Source: Paracoccaceae bacterium (GTDB lineage Bacteria > Pseudomonadota > Alphaproteobacteria > MPNO01 > UBA830). Taken from it: a stretch of 64,000 nucleotides of DNA. Where the stretch lies: the NCBI GenBank assembly GCA_047638395.1, contig JBLIMV010000006.1:58683-122682 (forward strand), in the 5' to 3' direction. The translations under genes were made by a program, and so were the position numbers. Each line of letters starts with the position of its first letter. Within the stretch, counting starts at the first letter, position 1. Below, piece by piece: positions 49,138 through 59,560 of the stretch. The notes beneath the pieces are model-generated. The model was not told where the DNA came from. It worked only from the letters and a program-made list of their open reading frames with translations, and searched no databases.

Positions 49138-50736
49138 ATGGCCGATCGTCCGAATTTCCTCTTCATCATCACCGACCAGCATCGTGGCGATCATCTTGGC
49201 TGCGCCGGCCATCCGGTCCTGAAAACCCCGCATATCGATTCCATCGCCGCCAAGGGCACGAAGTTCGACCGCTTCTATGTCGCAACACCCGTATGCCAGC
49301 CTAACCGGTCAACCCTCGTGACCGGCCGTATGCCCTCGCTGCACGGTGTCCGGTCCAACGGTATTCCCCTGGATATGCGGGCCAGCACATTTGTCGAGGG
49401 CATGCGCGTCAACGGCTATTCCACAGCACTGGTCGGCAAGAGCCATATCCAGAACATGACCGGTCTGCCGGCCATGCATACGCGGCCCGATACCAAGGAC
49501 GGATATACCTCGCTGCGCGACAAAATGCCGGAAGCATTCGAGGCCGATACCGAAGGCAATTACGATCAGGAACATCCCGATCGCTGGAAATCGGGCGAGC
49601 CCTACGATCTCGACCTGCCATTCTACGGGTTTGAGCACGTCGATCTGTGCACCGAGCACTCGGATCACGTGGGCGGTCAGTACTACACCTGGTTCAAGGA
49701 GAAGCGCGCGGATGCCGACGAGCTCCGCGACCGCGACAACCAGTTCCCCCACGACTATGTCGCGCCCCAGGCCTACCGCACATCGATCCCCGAGGAATTT
49801 TATCCGACGAGCTACATCAAAGAGAAGACGCTCGAATACATCGATGGACATGTGGCAAAGGACGACGATCAGCCGTTTTTCCTGATGGCATCGTTCCCCG
49901 ATCCGCATCATCCTTTCACCCCGCCGGGCAAATACTGGGACATGTACAAGCCCGAGGACATGGAACTGCCGGCAAGCTTCGACTACGGCAATGTCGAGCC
50001 GCCACCCCACGTGAAATGGGCGCAGAAGATGCGGGAATCAGGCGACGCCGAGATCAATTCCCAAAGCGCGTACGCCGTCTACAAGCAGGAAGTGCTGGAA
50101 AGCCGGGCGCTGACCTGCGGCATGATTGCCATGATCGACGATGCCGTCGGCGAGATACTCGCCAAGCTCGATGAAGCGGGTCTTGCCGATAACACCATCG
50201 TTGTCTTCACTGCAGATCACGGCGACTTCCTCGGCGATCACGGGCTGATGCTCAAAGGCCCTGCCCATTTCGAGGGCGTGACACGTGTGCCGTTTATCTG
50301 GTCCGAACCGGGCGCCGAAGCGAAATCCACAGAGACGCTCGCCAGCACGGTCGATATCGCCCAGACGATCCTCGATCGCGCCAGGATCGAGCCCTATAAC
50401 GGTATTCAGGGCCGCAGCCTGGTCAATGCGATCAGGGGTAACGCCGATCCCGACGCCGTCGATTCCGTCATCGTCGAAGATGATCAGCAACGGGTCTATT
50501 TCGGCTACACGATGCCGCCGCGCATCCGCTCGCTCATCACCGATACGCATCGTTTGACAGTGGCCCGTGGGGAAAGCTGGGGCGAGCTTTACGACTTGAA
50601 GGCCGATCCGGACGAAATGAACAACCTGTTCGACGACCCGGCACATGCCGCGACCCGGGCCGAGCTGTTCGAACGGCTGACACACCGCCAGATGGAACTG
50701 GTCGATACCAGCCCGATGCCGACGATGCGGGCTTAA
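49138..50736 (+). CDS. Cys-type formylglycine sulfatase-like hydrolase
   Basis: RPNFLFIITDQHR, CQPNR (CxPxR), GKSH, PDPHHP, ADHGD, ELYDLKADPDE. Confidence 0.93.
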   Translation: MADRPNFLFIITDQHRGDHLGCAGHPVLKTPHIDSIAAKGTKFDRFYVATPVCQPNRSTLVTGRMPSLHGVRSNGIPLDMRASTFVEGMRVNGYSTALVGKSHIQNMTGLPAMHTRPDTKDGYTSLRDKMPEAFEADTEGNYDQEHPDRWKSGEPYDLDLPFYGFEHVDLCTEHSDHVGGQYYTWFKEKRADADELRDRDNQFPHDYVAPQAYRTSIPEEFYPTSYIKEKTLEYIDGHVAKDDDQPFFLMASFPDPHHPFTPPGKYWDMYKPEDMELPASFDYGNVEPPPHVKWAQKMRESGDAEINSQSAYAVYKQEVLESRALTCGMIAMIDDAVGEILAKLDEAGLADNTIVVFTADHGDFLGDHGLMLKGPAHFEGVTRVPFIWSEPGAEAKSTETLASTVDIAQTILDRARIEPYNGIQGRSLVNAIRGNADPDAVDSVIVEDDQQRVYFGYTMPPRIRSLITDTHRLTVARGESWGELYDLKADPDEMNNLFDDPAHAATRAELFERLTHRQMELVDTSPMPTMRA

Positions 50737-50918
50737 CTCTCCGAGAGCAGCCCGACATTGCTGGAAAGCATCGCTTCGCCTTCCGGGCCGATCGCGCGGA
50801 TATCGTCGACAAAATTTTTGATGCCTTCGGGCTTATGCAACTCCTGTCGACAGACGGATGCGAAGACAATCCGTTCCGTCAGCGCCTCGACGACGATCGA
50901 TTTGACCAGCCGGGTCAC
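50733..50918 (-). CDS. Small hypothetical ORF coupled to the holin stop
   Basis: GTG at 50918 overlaps holin TGA; 61 aa VTRLVKSIVVEALTERIVF... Confidence 0.3.
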   Translation of the reverse strand: MTRLVKSIVVEALTERIVFASVCRQELHKPEGIKNFVDDIRAIGPEGEAMLSSNVGLLSES

Positions 50919-51113
50919 CGCCCGACCCCACGCCACTTATCCATGCTGCGTGCACCTGTGTAGCCAAGATACCCGGCCCCAAACAGCCACCAAAGGCTTT
51001 CGGGGATAGCCATCAGCAGATTGGTCAGGTTGCTTGCCGCCGTCGCCACATGATCGGGCCACCAGATACCGATAATAGCCCCGGCAACGCACATCAGGAT
51101 CACGAGATAGATA
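50915..51113 (-). pseudogene. 5'-truncated 3TM holin (GTA_holin_3TM/DUF3154-like)
   Basis: IYLVILMCVAGAIIGIWWP...LLMAIPESLWWLFGAGYLGYTGARSMDKW C-terminal motif; the usual upstream RARP-containing part is absent. Confidence 0.7.
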
Positions 51114-51710
51114 AGGTTTTGGCGTAAACGCCGCCGCATGACCCTGGAGCAACTCGCTTCACGGCTTGGCACGTCCGCAGGGCATTTGCATAAATGGGAA
51201 ACCGGCAAAGTTTCCGTGAACCTGAAACGGATGGGCGAAATCGCGGATATCCTCGGGATCGGGATCGTCGACCTGGTCGAGGATTTGCCGCGGGTGCCGA
51301 TCGTCGGCAAGGTCGGCGCAGGCGCCGTTGTCGAATCGATCGACGACTTCCCGTTGGGCGAAGCCCAGAAATATGCCCGCTGCCCAACCGGGCTGGATCC
51401 CCAATACACGGTTGCGGTGGAAGTTGTCGGCGATTCGATGCTGCCGATCGATGAGGGTTGGCTTTTGTTCTACACGCGCAGCTATGACGGCATACCCACC
51501 GAATGCCTTGGGAAGCTGTGCGTTGTGCAGTTATCAGATAACGGCCCGCGTTACGTCAAACGCCTCAAACAGGGTAAAAACCCATCCCTTTTCAACCTTT
51601 ACAGCACGAACGCCCGCGAAATTGACGATGTTGAGCTTGCCTGGGCCGCCCCCGTTCTGGATGCACGACCGTCAGAGCCCGGCGAACTTATCGAAGAACC
51701 GGGCGACTGA
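51111..51710 (+). CDS. CI/LexA-like XRE-HTH + S24 peptidase repressor, apparently N-terminally clipped
   Basis: IRFWRKRRR-MTLEQLA...HKWETGK HTH; VGAG cleavage site, GDSM Ser, VKRL Lys; helix 1 lies upstream of first ATG (51138), preceded by in-frame TAG. Confidence 0.85.
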   Translation: MRFWRKRRRMTLEQLASRLGTSAGHLHKWETGKVSVNLKRMGEIADILGIGIVDLVEDLPRVPIVGKVGAGAVVESIDDFPLGEAQKYARCPTGLDPQYTVAVEVVGDSMLPIDEGWLLFYTRSYDGIPTECLGKLCVVQLSDNGPRYVKRLKQGKNPSLFNLYSTNAREIDDVELAWAAPVLDARPSEPGELIEEPGD

Positions 51711-51815
51711 CGGGGCGGCTGACGGGGCGGTCAGCCTTCGTTGAATGCTGGTCTTTAAGGATATTTAGGAAATTTCTGCCGTAATACACGCCTCCAGTTA
51801 ACCTGTCCTGAGGCC

Positions 51816-54146
51816 GTGCCCGGCATGCCCGATCCGCTCAACAAACATAATGCCACCCTTGTGGCGCGTCTGGCTGACCGCGTCTCCGGCGCGGGCGCGG
51901 ATGTCGGCAATTCCGATGCCGGTTTGCCTTCCACCGATCAGGTCAACCCGATAGATCGGCCACCGCTGGTGCTTAATGAGGCAGAAGCGCGGCTCGACAA
52001 CATTCCCGCCATGGTCTTTCAGCGGAAGCTTCACGCAGACGGAACGATTTCGTTCCCCTATGCGAATAACGCCGTATTGGAAACTGCAGGCCTCGACCCC
52101 GCGATCGTAACGACCAATCCTGCCGCCGTCAGCGATCGCATCCATCCGGACGATCTCGCACCCCTCCAGAACGCCGTAAAGCGCTCCTTTGCCGATATGG
52201 AGGCGCATTCAGAGGAATTCCGCTATCACCACCCGACACTGGGGTGGCGCTGGTTTCAGACCATATCGAAGCCAAGGAAGAACAGTGACGGCACCATTGT
52301 GGCCGACACTCTGGCGCTCGACATCACCGACCGGAAAGAGACCGAGCAGGAGCTCGAGCGCAACAGGATGCGCCTTAACGAGCATCTGATCGAGCTCCAG
52401 GATACCAAGGAACGGCTCGAACAGCGGACCAACGAACTCATCAGAACGGTGAGCGACCTGGCAGAAGCGCGGGATGAAGCCGAAACCGCAAATCGCGCGA
52501 AATCCGATTTTCTGGCCACCATGAGTCATGAAATCAGGACGCCCATGAACGGCGTTCTCGGCATGGCAAGCCTGTTGATGCAGACGCCCCTGGATGAAAC
52601 GCAGCGCGAGTTCACCGAAACGATCGAACAATCGGGCGAGGCGCTGCTGCAAATCATCAATGACGTTCTCGATTATTCAAAGATGGAAGCCGGACAACTC
52701 GAGCTTGACCCCACCACGTTCTCAGTGCTCGATATTATCGACAGTGCCGTACAGCTTGTTCGCCCGAAATGTCACGAAAAGTCGATTACGATACGAACAT
52801 TCGCGGCGCCGGAAACACCCGACCAAATCATCGGCGATGCCGGGCGGTTGAGACAGATACTGCTGAACCTCCTGGGAAATGCCACGAAATTCACAGCGTC
52901 GGGCATGATTACGCTCGAATGCTTCGAGCCCAGCGTCGTTGGACGCGACATCGAGCTCAGTTTCGCGATATCGGATACCGGCATCGGTATTCCCGAAGCC
53001 GCGCAGAATTCACTATTCGAAGTGTTCTCACAGGCCGATGCGTCGACCACCCGCAGATTTGGCGGCACTGGCCTTGGCCTCTCGATCTGTAAACGCCTGT
53101 GCCATTTGATGGGGGGAGACATCACTGTCGAGAGTACGCCGGAAGTGGGGAGCACATTTCGTTTTACCTTGCGATGCAAACAAACAGACGAAGCCGCCGC
53201 CGAAACATCGGTGCCGCGCCACCCGAATTTGCCCCAATGCGCTTTCCTCACAGCTGCCGCGCTGGAGCCAGACACCGGACTAAACCGTCAATTGCACGCC
53301 TATGGCATCGCCACAGAAATTTTCGACGATACCGAAACACTTCTCGATCACCTCAAATCCTCTCGCATCGATGATGCGTTGGTCGTACTCGAATCGGATT
53401 CGCTGACCGGACACAACGATTTACCCAACCGACTGAGAAAACAGCAGGCCGAAAAACCGTTCACCCTGTGGGTCGTTGGTTCGACGCATCCAGATCTATC
53501 GGATATCGGTCGTTTCCTGGATGTTCCGTTACGTCAGTCCCGTTTGCGGCAATACGTCCGGAATCTTGAGAAGGGCGAAATCGGAGGCGCTCGCCAGCCA
53601 GCCACCAGCGAGGCCGGGTATACCGAAGCCCCCTCCCAGTCTGGACCGAAATCCGATGCAGAGCCGACACTCACGGTCCTTCTGGTAGAAGACAACAAGG
53701 TAAATCAGCGCGTGGCGATCGCCATGCTCGAAGCGGCCGGAATGGATGTCGCACTTGCCGAAAACGGTCTTGAGGCGCTCGACCTTCTCCATCAGCATGA
53801 TTTCGGTGTCATCCTGATGGATATCCACATGCCGGAAATGGACGGCGTCACCGCAGCGCGGAAAATTCGCGCCCTGCCGCCACCGCATTGTGACATTCCC
53901 ATCATCGCCCTGACCGCAAATGCGATGAAAGGAGACCGTGAAACCTATCTCGATGCCGGCATGAACGACTACGTCTCAAAGCCGGTTGACCCGAATGCAC
54001 TTTCAGATGCAATTAGGCGTCAGGCGGGAATCTCAACAATCATCACCTCTCCTGCCCGGCGGCCGGGACCACCAAAAAATGTGCCCACGATTACCGAGGC
54101 CGAGGTTTCCGAACTTTTCGCGGGACTGGACGACATTCTGGACTGA
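51816..54146 (+). CDS. Cytoplasmic hybrid sensor histidine kinase (PAS-HisKA-HATPase-pseudoREC-REC)
   Basis: [51 protein letters not shown]...[11 protein letters not shown]...SKP. Confidence 0.95.
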   Translation: MPGMPDPLNKHNATLVARLADRVSGAGADVGNSDAGLPSTDQVNPIDRPPLVLNEAEARLDNIPAMVFQRKLHADGTISFPYANNAVLETAGLDPAIVTTNPAAVSDRIHPDDLAPLQNAVKRSFADMEAHSEEFRYHHPTLGWRWFQTISKPRKNSDGTIVADTLALDITDRKETEQELERNRMRLNEHLIELQDTKERLEQRTNELIRTVSDLAEARDEAETANRAKSDFLATMSHEIRTPMNGVLGMASLLMQTPLDETQREFTETIEQSGEALLQIINDVLDYSKMEAGQLELDPTTFSVLDIIDSAVQLVRPKCHEKSITIRTFAAPETPDQIIGDAGRLRQILLNLLGNATKFTASGMITLECFEPSVVGRDIELSFAISDTGIGIPEAAQNSLFEVFSQADASTTRRFGGTGLGLSICKRLCHLMGGDITVESTPEVGSTFRFTLRCKQTDEAAAETSVPRHPNLPQCAFLTAAALEPDTGLNRQLHAYGIATEIFDDTETLLDHLKSSRIDDALVVLESDSLTGHNDLPNRLRKQQAEKPFTLWVVGSTHPDLSDIGRFLDVPLRQSRLRQYVRNLEKGEIGGARQPATSEAGYTEAPSQSGPKSDAEPTLTVLLVEDNKVNQRVAIAMLEAAGMDVALAENGLEALDLLHQHDFGVILMDIHMPEMDGVTAARKIRALPPPHCDIPIIALTANAMKGDRETYLDAGMNDYVSKPVDPNALSDAIRRQAGISTIITSPARRPGPPKNVPTITEAEVSELFAGLDDILD

Positions 54147-54241
54147 ACGCCTGTTTTAACTCCGCAATATTTCTCGCCATTTGCACAACCTGGCGATAAT
54201 CTTCCTGGTAATAAAGAAATTTCATCCCAGGGAGATCAATC

Positions 54242-55255
54242 ATGCAGAATATCAAACTTCTCGCCGGTGCGATTGGCGTTTGCGCGTTGTCCGTATCAAC
54301 CGTTCAGGCAGAAACGATCCTTCGTATCAGTTCATGGGCGCCGCCGACGCATTTCGTCAATTCCAAGATCTGGCCCGAATGGGGCGCGATGATCGAAAAG
54401 GCGACCGAAGGCCGCGTCAAAACAAAGATCGAATACAAACTCGCCTCACCGCCGAAACAGTTTGGCGTGGTGCGCGACGGCATCGCTGATGCAGCGTGGA
54501 TCTTCCACGGCTACAACACCCGCTACGTCGCAACCCAGGCTGTTGAAATGCCAGGCCTGGCGACCAGCGGTGAAGCGGCCGCAGTTGCCTATTGGCAGGT
54601 TCATCAGAAGTATCTGAAAAAGGCCAATGAGCATCGTGGTGTGGTCCTGGTCGGCCTGCATTCGCATGGCCCCGCCGTCATTCACACAAAAAAGCCGATA
54701 AGAAGCCTGGACGACCTTAAAGGCCTGAAGATTCGTGTACCCGGCGGCGTCGGCAGCCTCGTTGGTCGCGCGCTCGGCGTCACGGCGGTCAAACTGCCGG
54801 CACCGAAGGTATATGAAGCCCTGTCATCCGGCGTTGCGGACGGCGTGTTTATGCCGATGGAGGTCCAAAAGAGTTTCCGCCTCAAGGAAGTCGTCCCGAA
54901 TGTGACGATTATGCCGGGTGGGCTGTATTACGGCAGCTTCGGTTTCATCCTCAATCCGCGGCTTCTCGCCAAACTGTCCAAGAAAGATCAGGCGGCAGTG
55001 ATGAGCGTTTCCGGCGCGAACTTCGCAAAACTGGGTCGTCACTGGGATACGGCCGACACGATCGGACGCGAAGATGCGATGAAATCAGGCACCAAGATCG
55101 CGGTCGCATCGGACGCGATGAAAGCCGATTACTTTGCCCGCATGAAGCCAGTCGAAGATGCCTGGGTGAAGAAAGTCTCCAAATGGTTTGACGGCAAGGC
55201 GGCACTCGCCGAACTGCGTGCCGCAGCCCGGGCTTACGAGAAAACCAAGAAGTAG
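54242..55255 (+). CDS. dctP: TRAP substrate-binding protein DctP
   Basis: Signal peptide, IEKATEGRVK, DLKGLKIRV, YEALSSGVADG. Confidence 0.92.
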   Translation: MQNIKLLAGAIGVCALSVSTVQAETILRISSWAPPTHFVNSKIWPEWGAMIEKATEGRVKTKIEYKLASPPKQFGVVRDGIADAAWIFHGYNTRYVATQAVEMPGLATSGEAAAVAYWQVHQKYLKKANEHRGVVLVGLHSHGPAVIHTKKPIRSLDDLKGLKIRVPGGVGSLVGRALGVTAVKLPAPKVYEALSSGVADGVFMPMEVQKSFRLKEVVPNVTIMPGGLYYGSFGFILNPRLLAKLSKKDQAAVMSVSGANFAKLGRHWDTADTIGREDAMKSGTKIAVASDAMKADYFARMKPVEDAWVKKVSKWFDGKAALAELRAAARAYEKTKK

Positions 55256-55256
55256 C

Positions 55257-55814
55257 ATGACAGATGATGGGGCGGGCGACGCCCCGCCCACGAACACGCT
55301 CAAATCGGAAAGCCAGTCGGACAATATGTTCGGCTGGCTGACCGACGGGCTATCGGCATTGGTGCTGTTTGCGCTGATGGTGATGACCTGCATCGACGTG
55401 TTCGGGCGGGAATTGCTGAATACGCCGCTGAACGGTGCGACTGAACTGACCCAGCTGATGATGGGGGCCATCGTTTTTGCGGTACTGCCGATCGTGAGCT
55501 TTCGCGAGGAACACATTACGGTCGACCTTCTCGACAAATGGTTCCCCCGCCGGTTTGCGCCATCGCGCCAGGTAATTCTCAACCTGGCCGCCGGCATCAT
55601 GATGGCTGTCGTATGCTGGCGGGTATGGATCATCGGGGAATTCCAGATGGAATATGGCGACGGCACCGAATTCCTGCGAATCCCCTTGGGGCCGGTCAGT
55701 TACTTCATCTCGATCCTGAGCGGAATCACATCGGTCGCCCTGTTCATCAAAATGTATCGCCACATCACGGGCCGGGCCGAGATCCGCTCGCAGGACCCGC
55801 GCCTTAATCAATGA
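55257..55814 (+). CDS. dctQ: TRAP small permease DctQ
   Basis: DVFGRELLNTPLNGATEL, EHITVDLL, 4 TMs. Confidence 0.9.
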   Translation: MTDDGAGDAPPTNTLKSESQSDNMFGWLTDGLSALVLFALMVMTCIDVFGRELLNTPLNGATELTQLMMGAIVFAVLPIVSFREEHITVDLLDKWFPRRFAPSRQVILNLAAGIMMAVVCWRVWIIGEFQMEYGDGTEFLRIPLGPVSYFISILSGITSVALFIKMYRHITGRAEIRSQDPRLNQ

Positions 55815-55831
55815 AGGCCGTATAGCAACAG

Positions 55832-57148
55832 ATGGAAGCTGCCCTTATCGGATTTGCCGTGCTGCTCGCACTGGTGTTTTTGCGAATGCCGATTGCGTTT
55901 GCCATGGGTTTGGTCGGGTTTGCCGGCTTCGGCTTCCTGTCGGGGTTCGACCCGTCGCTTGCCATGGTCGGCACCCTGGTCTCCGATACCGCGCTGAGCT
56001 ACGGATTGTCGGTGATCCCAATGTTTATCCTGATGGGAAATTTCGTTGCCCGTGCGGGCCTGTCGTCGGAATTGTACGATGCGTCGCACGCCTTTCTCGG
56101 GCATCGCCGCGGGGGTCTTTCCATGGCGACCATCGTTGCCTGCGGTGGCTTCAGCGCCATCTGCGGATCCTCTCTGGCCACAGCGGCAACAATGTCCAAG
56201 GTCGCGATGCCGCCGATGCGCAAATACGGCTACGCCGACACGTTGGCGACAGCCTCGATCGCCGCCGGCGGCACATTGGGCATTCTGATCCCGCCAAGTG
56301 TCATCCTGGTGATCTATGGGCTGATGACAGAAACCTCGATCCGGGAGCTCTTCGCGGCCGGGTTCCTGCCCGGCCTGCTGGGCATCATTCTGTATATGGC
56401 CGCCGTCAAATACGTCGTCTGGCGCGATCCGTCCGCCGGACCGGCCGCACCCAAACGCAACTGGGCGGAGCGCATGGTGGCGCTCAGAGGCGTCTGGGGG
56501 ACGTTGATGTTGTTCGCCGTCGTCATGGGCGGCATCTATGGCGGTGCGTTCACGCCGACCGAAGCTGCCGGTATCGGTGCCGGCGGAGCGTTTCTGATCG
56601 CGCTGTTCCGGGGGGCACTGACATGGCGGATATTCTTCGACGTGCTCGCCGACAGCGCGCGCACAACCGCCATCCTGTTCGCCGTGCTGATCGGCGCGCT
56701 GATTTTTTCCAACTTCGTCAACCGCGCAGGCCTGCCGGACGGTCTTCTGTCTCTGGTCACCGGCAACGATCTGTCACCGCTGATGGTGATCGCCATCATC
56801 ATCGCGATCTACATCGTGCTCGGCTGCGTGTTCGAGAGCCTGTCGATGCTATTGCTGACGATTCCGGTCTTCTTTCCGGTCGTGCAAGGCCTGAACTATG
56901 CCGGGCTCGGCAGCGAACAGATACTTGTCTGGTTTGGTATTGTCGCCGTGGTGGTCACGGAAATAAGCCTGATAACACCACCCGTGGGACTGAATGTCTT
57001 CGTCCTGTCGGGGGTTGTTAAAGACGTTTCGACCGGCACCATCTTCAAGGGCGTCACCCCGTTCTGGTGCGCCGACATCCTGCGGCTTGCCGTGATCGTC
57101 GCGATCCCGGCAATTTCGCTCTATCTGCCACAGCTATTCTACCACTAA
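55832..57148 (+). CDS. dctM: TRAP large permease DctM
   Basis: IPMFILMG, CGSSLATAA, GGTLGILIPPS, FTPTEA, ITPPVGLN. Confidence 0.95.
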   Translation: MEAALIGFAVLLALVFLRMPIAFAMGLVGFAGFGFLSGFDPSLAMVGTLVSDTALSYGLSVIPMFILMGNFVARAGLSSELYDASHAFLGHRRGGLSMATIVACGGFSAICGSSLATAATMSKVAMPPMRKYGYADTLATASIAAGGTLGILIPPSVILVIYGLMTETSIRELFAAGFLPGLLGIILYMAAVKYVVWRDPSAGPAAPKRNWAERMVALRGVWGTLMLFAVVMGGIYGGAFTPTEAAGIGAGGAFLIALFRGALTWRIFFDVLADSARTTAILFAVLIGALIFSNFVNRAGLPDGLLSLVTGNDLSPLMVIAIIIAIYIVLGCVFESLSMLLLTIPVFFPVVQGLNYAGLGSEQILVWFGIVAVVVTEISLITPPVGLNVFVLSGVVKDVSTGTIFKGVTPFWCADILRLAVIVAIPAISLYLPQLFYH

Positions 57149-57546
57149 CCCATCGCGGCGCGTTTTTTCTCGAGGCGGGCTTTCTGGCGGTCACGGTCGA
57201 TCACAAAGCGGATATGCTTCGCCTTTCCGACAAGATCCATCCCGTCATGGACTTCGACCTCCAGCGTGACACGCTGGCCCTCCACATCTGTGATTTTCGC
57301 CGTAACCGTCGAGGTCATCCCCAGCAGGGAGGCACCGAGGTGGTCGACCGACACATGCGCGCCGACGGTTTCCTCTCCCTCATCCAGATGCTCTTGCACC
57401 AGCAGACGGGACGTTTCCTCGATGTCACGGACCATGTAGGGCGTCCCGTAGACACGAAGTTCGTCGCCCATAAACGCAATCGTTCTGCCGGTATCGATCT
57501 CAAATTTCTGAGTACGTTCCAGGCCGGCGGTCAGGCTGTCTTTCAT
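57145..57546 (-). CDS. FlK-like hotdog thioesterase
   Basis: VYGTPYMVRDIE, TVGAHVSVDHLGAS..G, KHIRFVI. Confidence 0.85.
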   Translation of the reverse strand: MKDSLTAGLERTQKFEIDTGRTIAFMGDELRVYGTPYMVRDIEETSRLLVQEHLDEGEETVGAHVSVDHLGASLLGMTSTVTAKITDVEGQRVTLEVEVHDGMDLVGKAKHIRFVIDRDRQKARLEKKRAAMG

Positions 57547-59093
57547 AAGGTCTTTTCTCCGTAGGTTTTGCGAATTTCGGTTTTAAGAATTTTACCCATG
57601 GCACTTTTCGGCAATTCTTCGACGAACGCCATCCGGCGCGGAATTTTGTAACCCCCGATCAAACCACGGCAATGATCAACGACCTCGCTGTCAGTCAGGC
57701 TGGTGCCGGGGCGGGGGACGATCGCGGCAAAAAGAGCTTCACCATATTTTTCATCCGGCACGCCGACGACCGCGCATTCATGAACATTTTCATGCTGGTA
57801 AAGAGCCGCTTCGACCTCCGACGAATACACGTTTTCGCCGCCGGTAACGATCATGTCCTTTTTGCGGTCCAGCAGGAACATGAAACCATTCTCATCCATC
57901 TTGCCGATATCGCCGGTATGGAACCAGCCATCCCGAAAGGCGGCGGTGTTTTCTTCCGGCCGGTTGAGATAACCGACTGTTACATTGGGCCCGCGAACAA
58001 CCACCTCGCCATCCTCGCCAAGCGGCACCTCATTGCCGTCGGCATCGACGATCCGCATGTCGATACCGACAAGGGGTCGTCCCGCAGCTTTGAGAATTTC
58101 GTATTCGCCACTTTGCATTGCGGCAACATGCACGTCTTCATCCAGCGTCGTCAGAATCGGCGACGTTTCCGTCAGCCCGTACCCCTGCTGAACATTGGCC
58201 GTGGGGAAAGCATCCATCGTCCGCCGGATCCATTCCACCGCCATTGGTGAAGAGCCGTAATAAACGCGGTCCAGCGATGACAAATCATACTTGGCAAAAT
58301 CCGGCACCTGCAGCGTGAGAATAATCATCGTCGGCGCCATCATCGCCGATGTAACGCCGTAATCCTGAAAAGCCGTCAGCAAATTTTCAGGACTGAATAC
58401 CGGCAGATACGCATGGGCGGCACCGGCCTGCGTATATCCTGTCCCGAGCAGGTCTGCCGAGTGAAACATCGGCGCCACATGCAAGTAAACATCGGCTGAA
58501 TTTATCTTCATCGGAGCGGTGCATTGCTGGCCGTTCGCGAAGACATTTTTGTGTGTCAGACGGACACCCTTCGAGCGGCCGGTCGTACCGCCGGTATACA
58601 GGAGGATCGCATCTTCATCCTCACCGCTGTCATGGCCATCGGATGGTAGCGCGGCGGCGATCAGGTCGTCAGATGTGCGGAGGCTCGTTTCCATCGCCGC
58701 ACCACCGGGAATACAGATTGCAGAATCGCGCCAGGGCGAAAATTCCTCCGCGTCCAGAAGCGTCTGGAACGTGTCTTCGACAAAAAGCTGGATGATTTCC
58801 GCGTCATCGAGGATGTAGCGGATCTCAGGCGGTGCGAGCCGGTAATTTACCGGCACCGGAATTGAGCCATTCCAATACCCGGCATGCAGTAATTCGCAAT
58901 GACGCCAGGTATTGCGGCAGATGACCCCGAACCGGTCTCCCTTGCCGATACCGTTATCCTGCAACACGCCCGCGAGTCGCATCACGCGGTCCATATGTTC
59001 AGACCACGTAAAACGGCATTCCGCGTCGATTATGGCTGTATTTGCGCCGTACAGGCGTTGCGCCCGTTCCAGCGCCGACCGCATGGTCAGCAT
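57543..59093 (-). CDS. Acyl-CoA synthetase (AMP-forming)
   Basis: YTGGTTGRSKG, GYGLTE, WFHTGD, DRKKDMIVTGGENV, PKSAMGK. Confidence 0.95.
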   Translation of the reverse strand: MLTMRSALERAQRLYGANTAIIDAECRFTWSEHMDRVMRLAGVLQDNGIGKGDRFGVICRNTWRHCELLHAGYWNGSIPVPVNYRLAPPEIRYILDDAEIIQLFVEDTFQTLLDAEEFSPWRDSAICIPGGAAMETSLRTSDDLIAAALPSDGHDSGEDEDAILLYTGGTTGRSKGVRLTHKNVFANGQQCTAPMKINSADVYLHVAPMFHSADLLGTGYTQAGAAHAYLPVFSPENLLTAFQDYGVTSAMMAPTMIILTLQVPDFAKYDLSSLDRVYYGSSPMAVEWIRRTMDAFPTANVQQGYGLTETSPILTTLDEDVHVAAMQSGEYEILKAAGRPLVGIDMRIVDADGNEVPLGEDGEVVVRGPNVTVGYLNRPEENTAAFRDGWFHTGDIGKMDENGFMFLLDRKKDMIVTGGENVYSSEVEAALYQHENVHECAVVGVPDEKYGEALFAAIVPRPGTSLTDSEVVDHCRGLIGGYKIPRRMAFVEELPKSAMGKILKTEIRKTYGEKTL

Positions 59094-59158
59094 TGCCGTC
59101 GCTCCGTTTCGCTCCCGTTTTTTCTTACCTTAACGCGGCAAACAACGATGAAACAGCG

Positions 59159-59560
59159 TCAATCGCCGCCTGCGCCGAGGATGCCGACGGCCTCGATTTC
59201 AACCAGCATATCGGGATGCACCAGTTTCGAGATTTCCAGCAGGGTCGAGACCGGAAAATCGCCCTCGAAATACTCGCGCCGCGCTTCCCACACCTGCTGG
59301 CGATCATTCACCTCGGTGAGGAAGATATTGACCTTCACGATGTCCGCCATGGTCCCGCCCGCAGCCTCGATCAGGGCTTTGATCTTGTCGAAAATAACCT
59401 TCGACTGATCATAGGCGTTGTCGCCGACGATGGTGTCGAACGCGTCACTGCGCGACGTCATGCCGGCGATATAGACATGTCGGTCGATCACCAGGCAGTT
59501 GGACCACGTGCCCTCCGGTGGCTCGCCGACCGCGGCGTCGCGAATGCGCTGCTTCTTCAT
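59159..59560 (-). CDS. RidA/Rid family protein
   Basis: VYIAG, GGTMADIVKVNIFL, RREYF..FPVSTLL, LVEIEA. Confidence 0.9.
   Translation of the reverse strand: MKKQRIRDAAVGEPPEGTWSNCLVIDRHVYIAGMTSRSDAFDTIVGDNAYDQSKVIFDKIKALIEAAGGTMADIVKVNIFLTEVNDRQQVWEARREYFEGDFPVSTLLEISKLVHPDMLVEIEAVGILGAGGD

Noticed and set aside
50733-51710. Intact prophage or GTA cluster
   Set aside because: No integrase, terminase, capsid, tail or endolysin genes; only two clipped remnants.
51707-51736. 12-bp direct repeat ctgacggggcgg x2 with small hairpin as an att site
   Set aside because: No second copy at a distance or integrase seen; more likely local slippage or a terminator-like hairpin.
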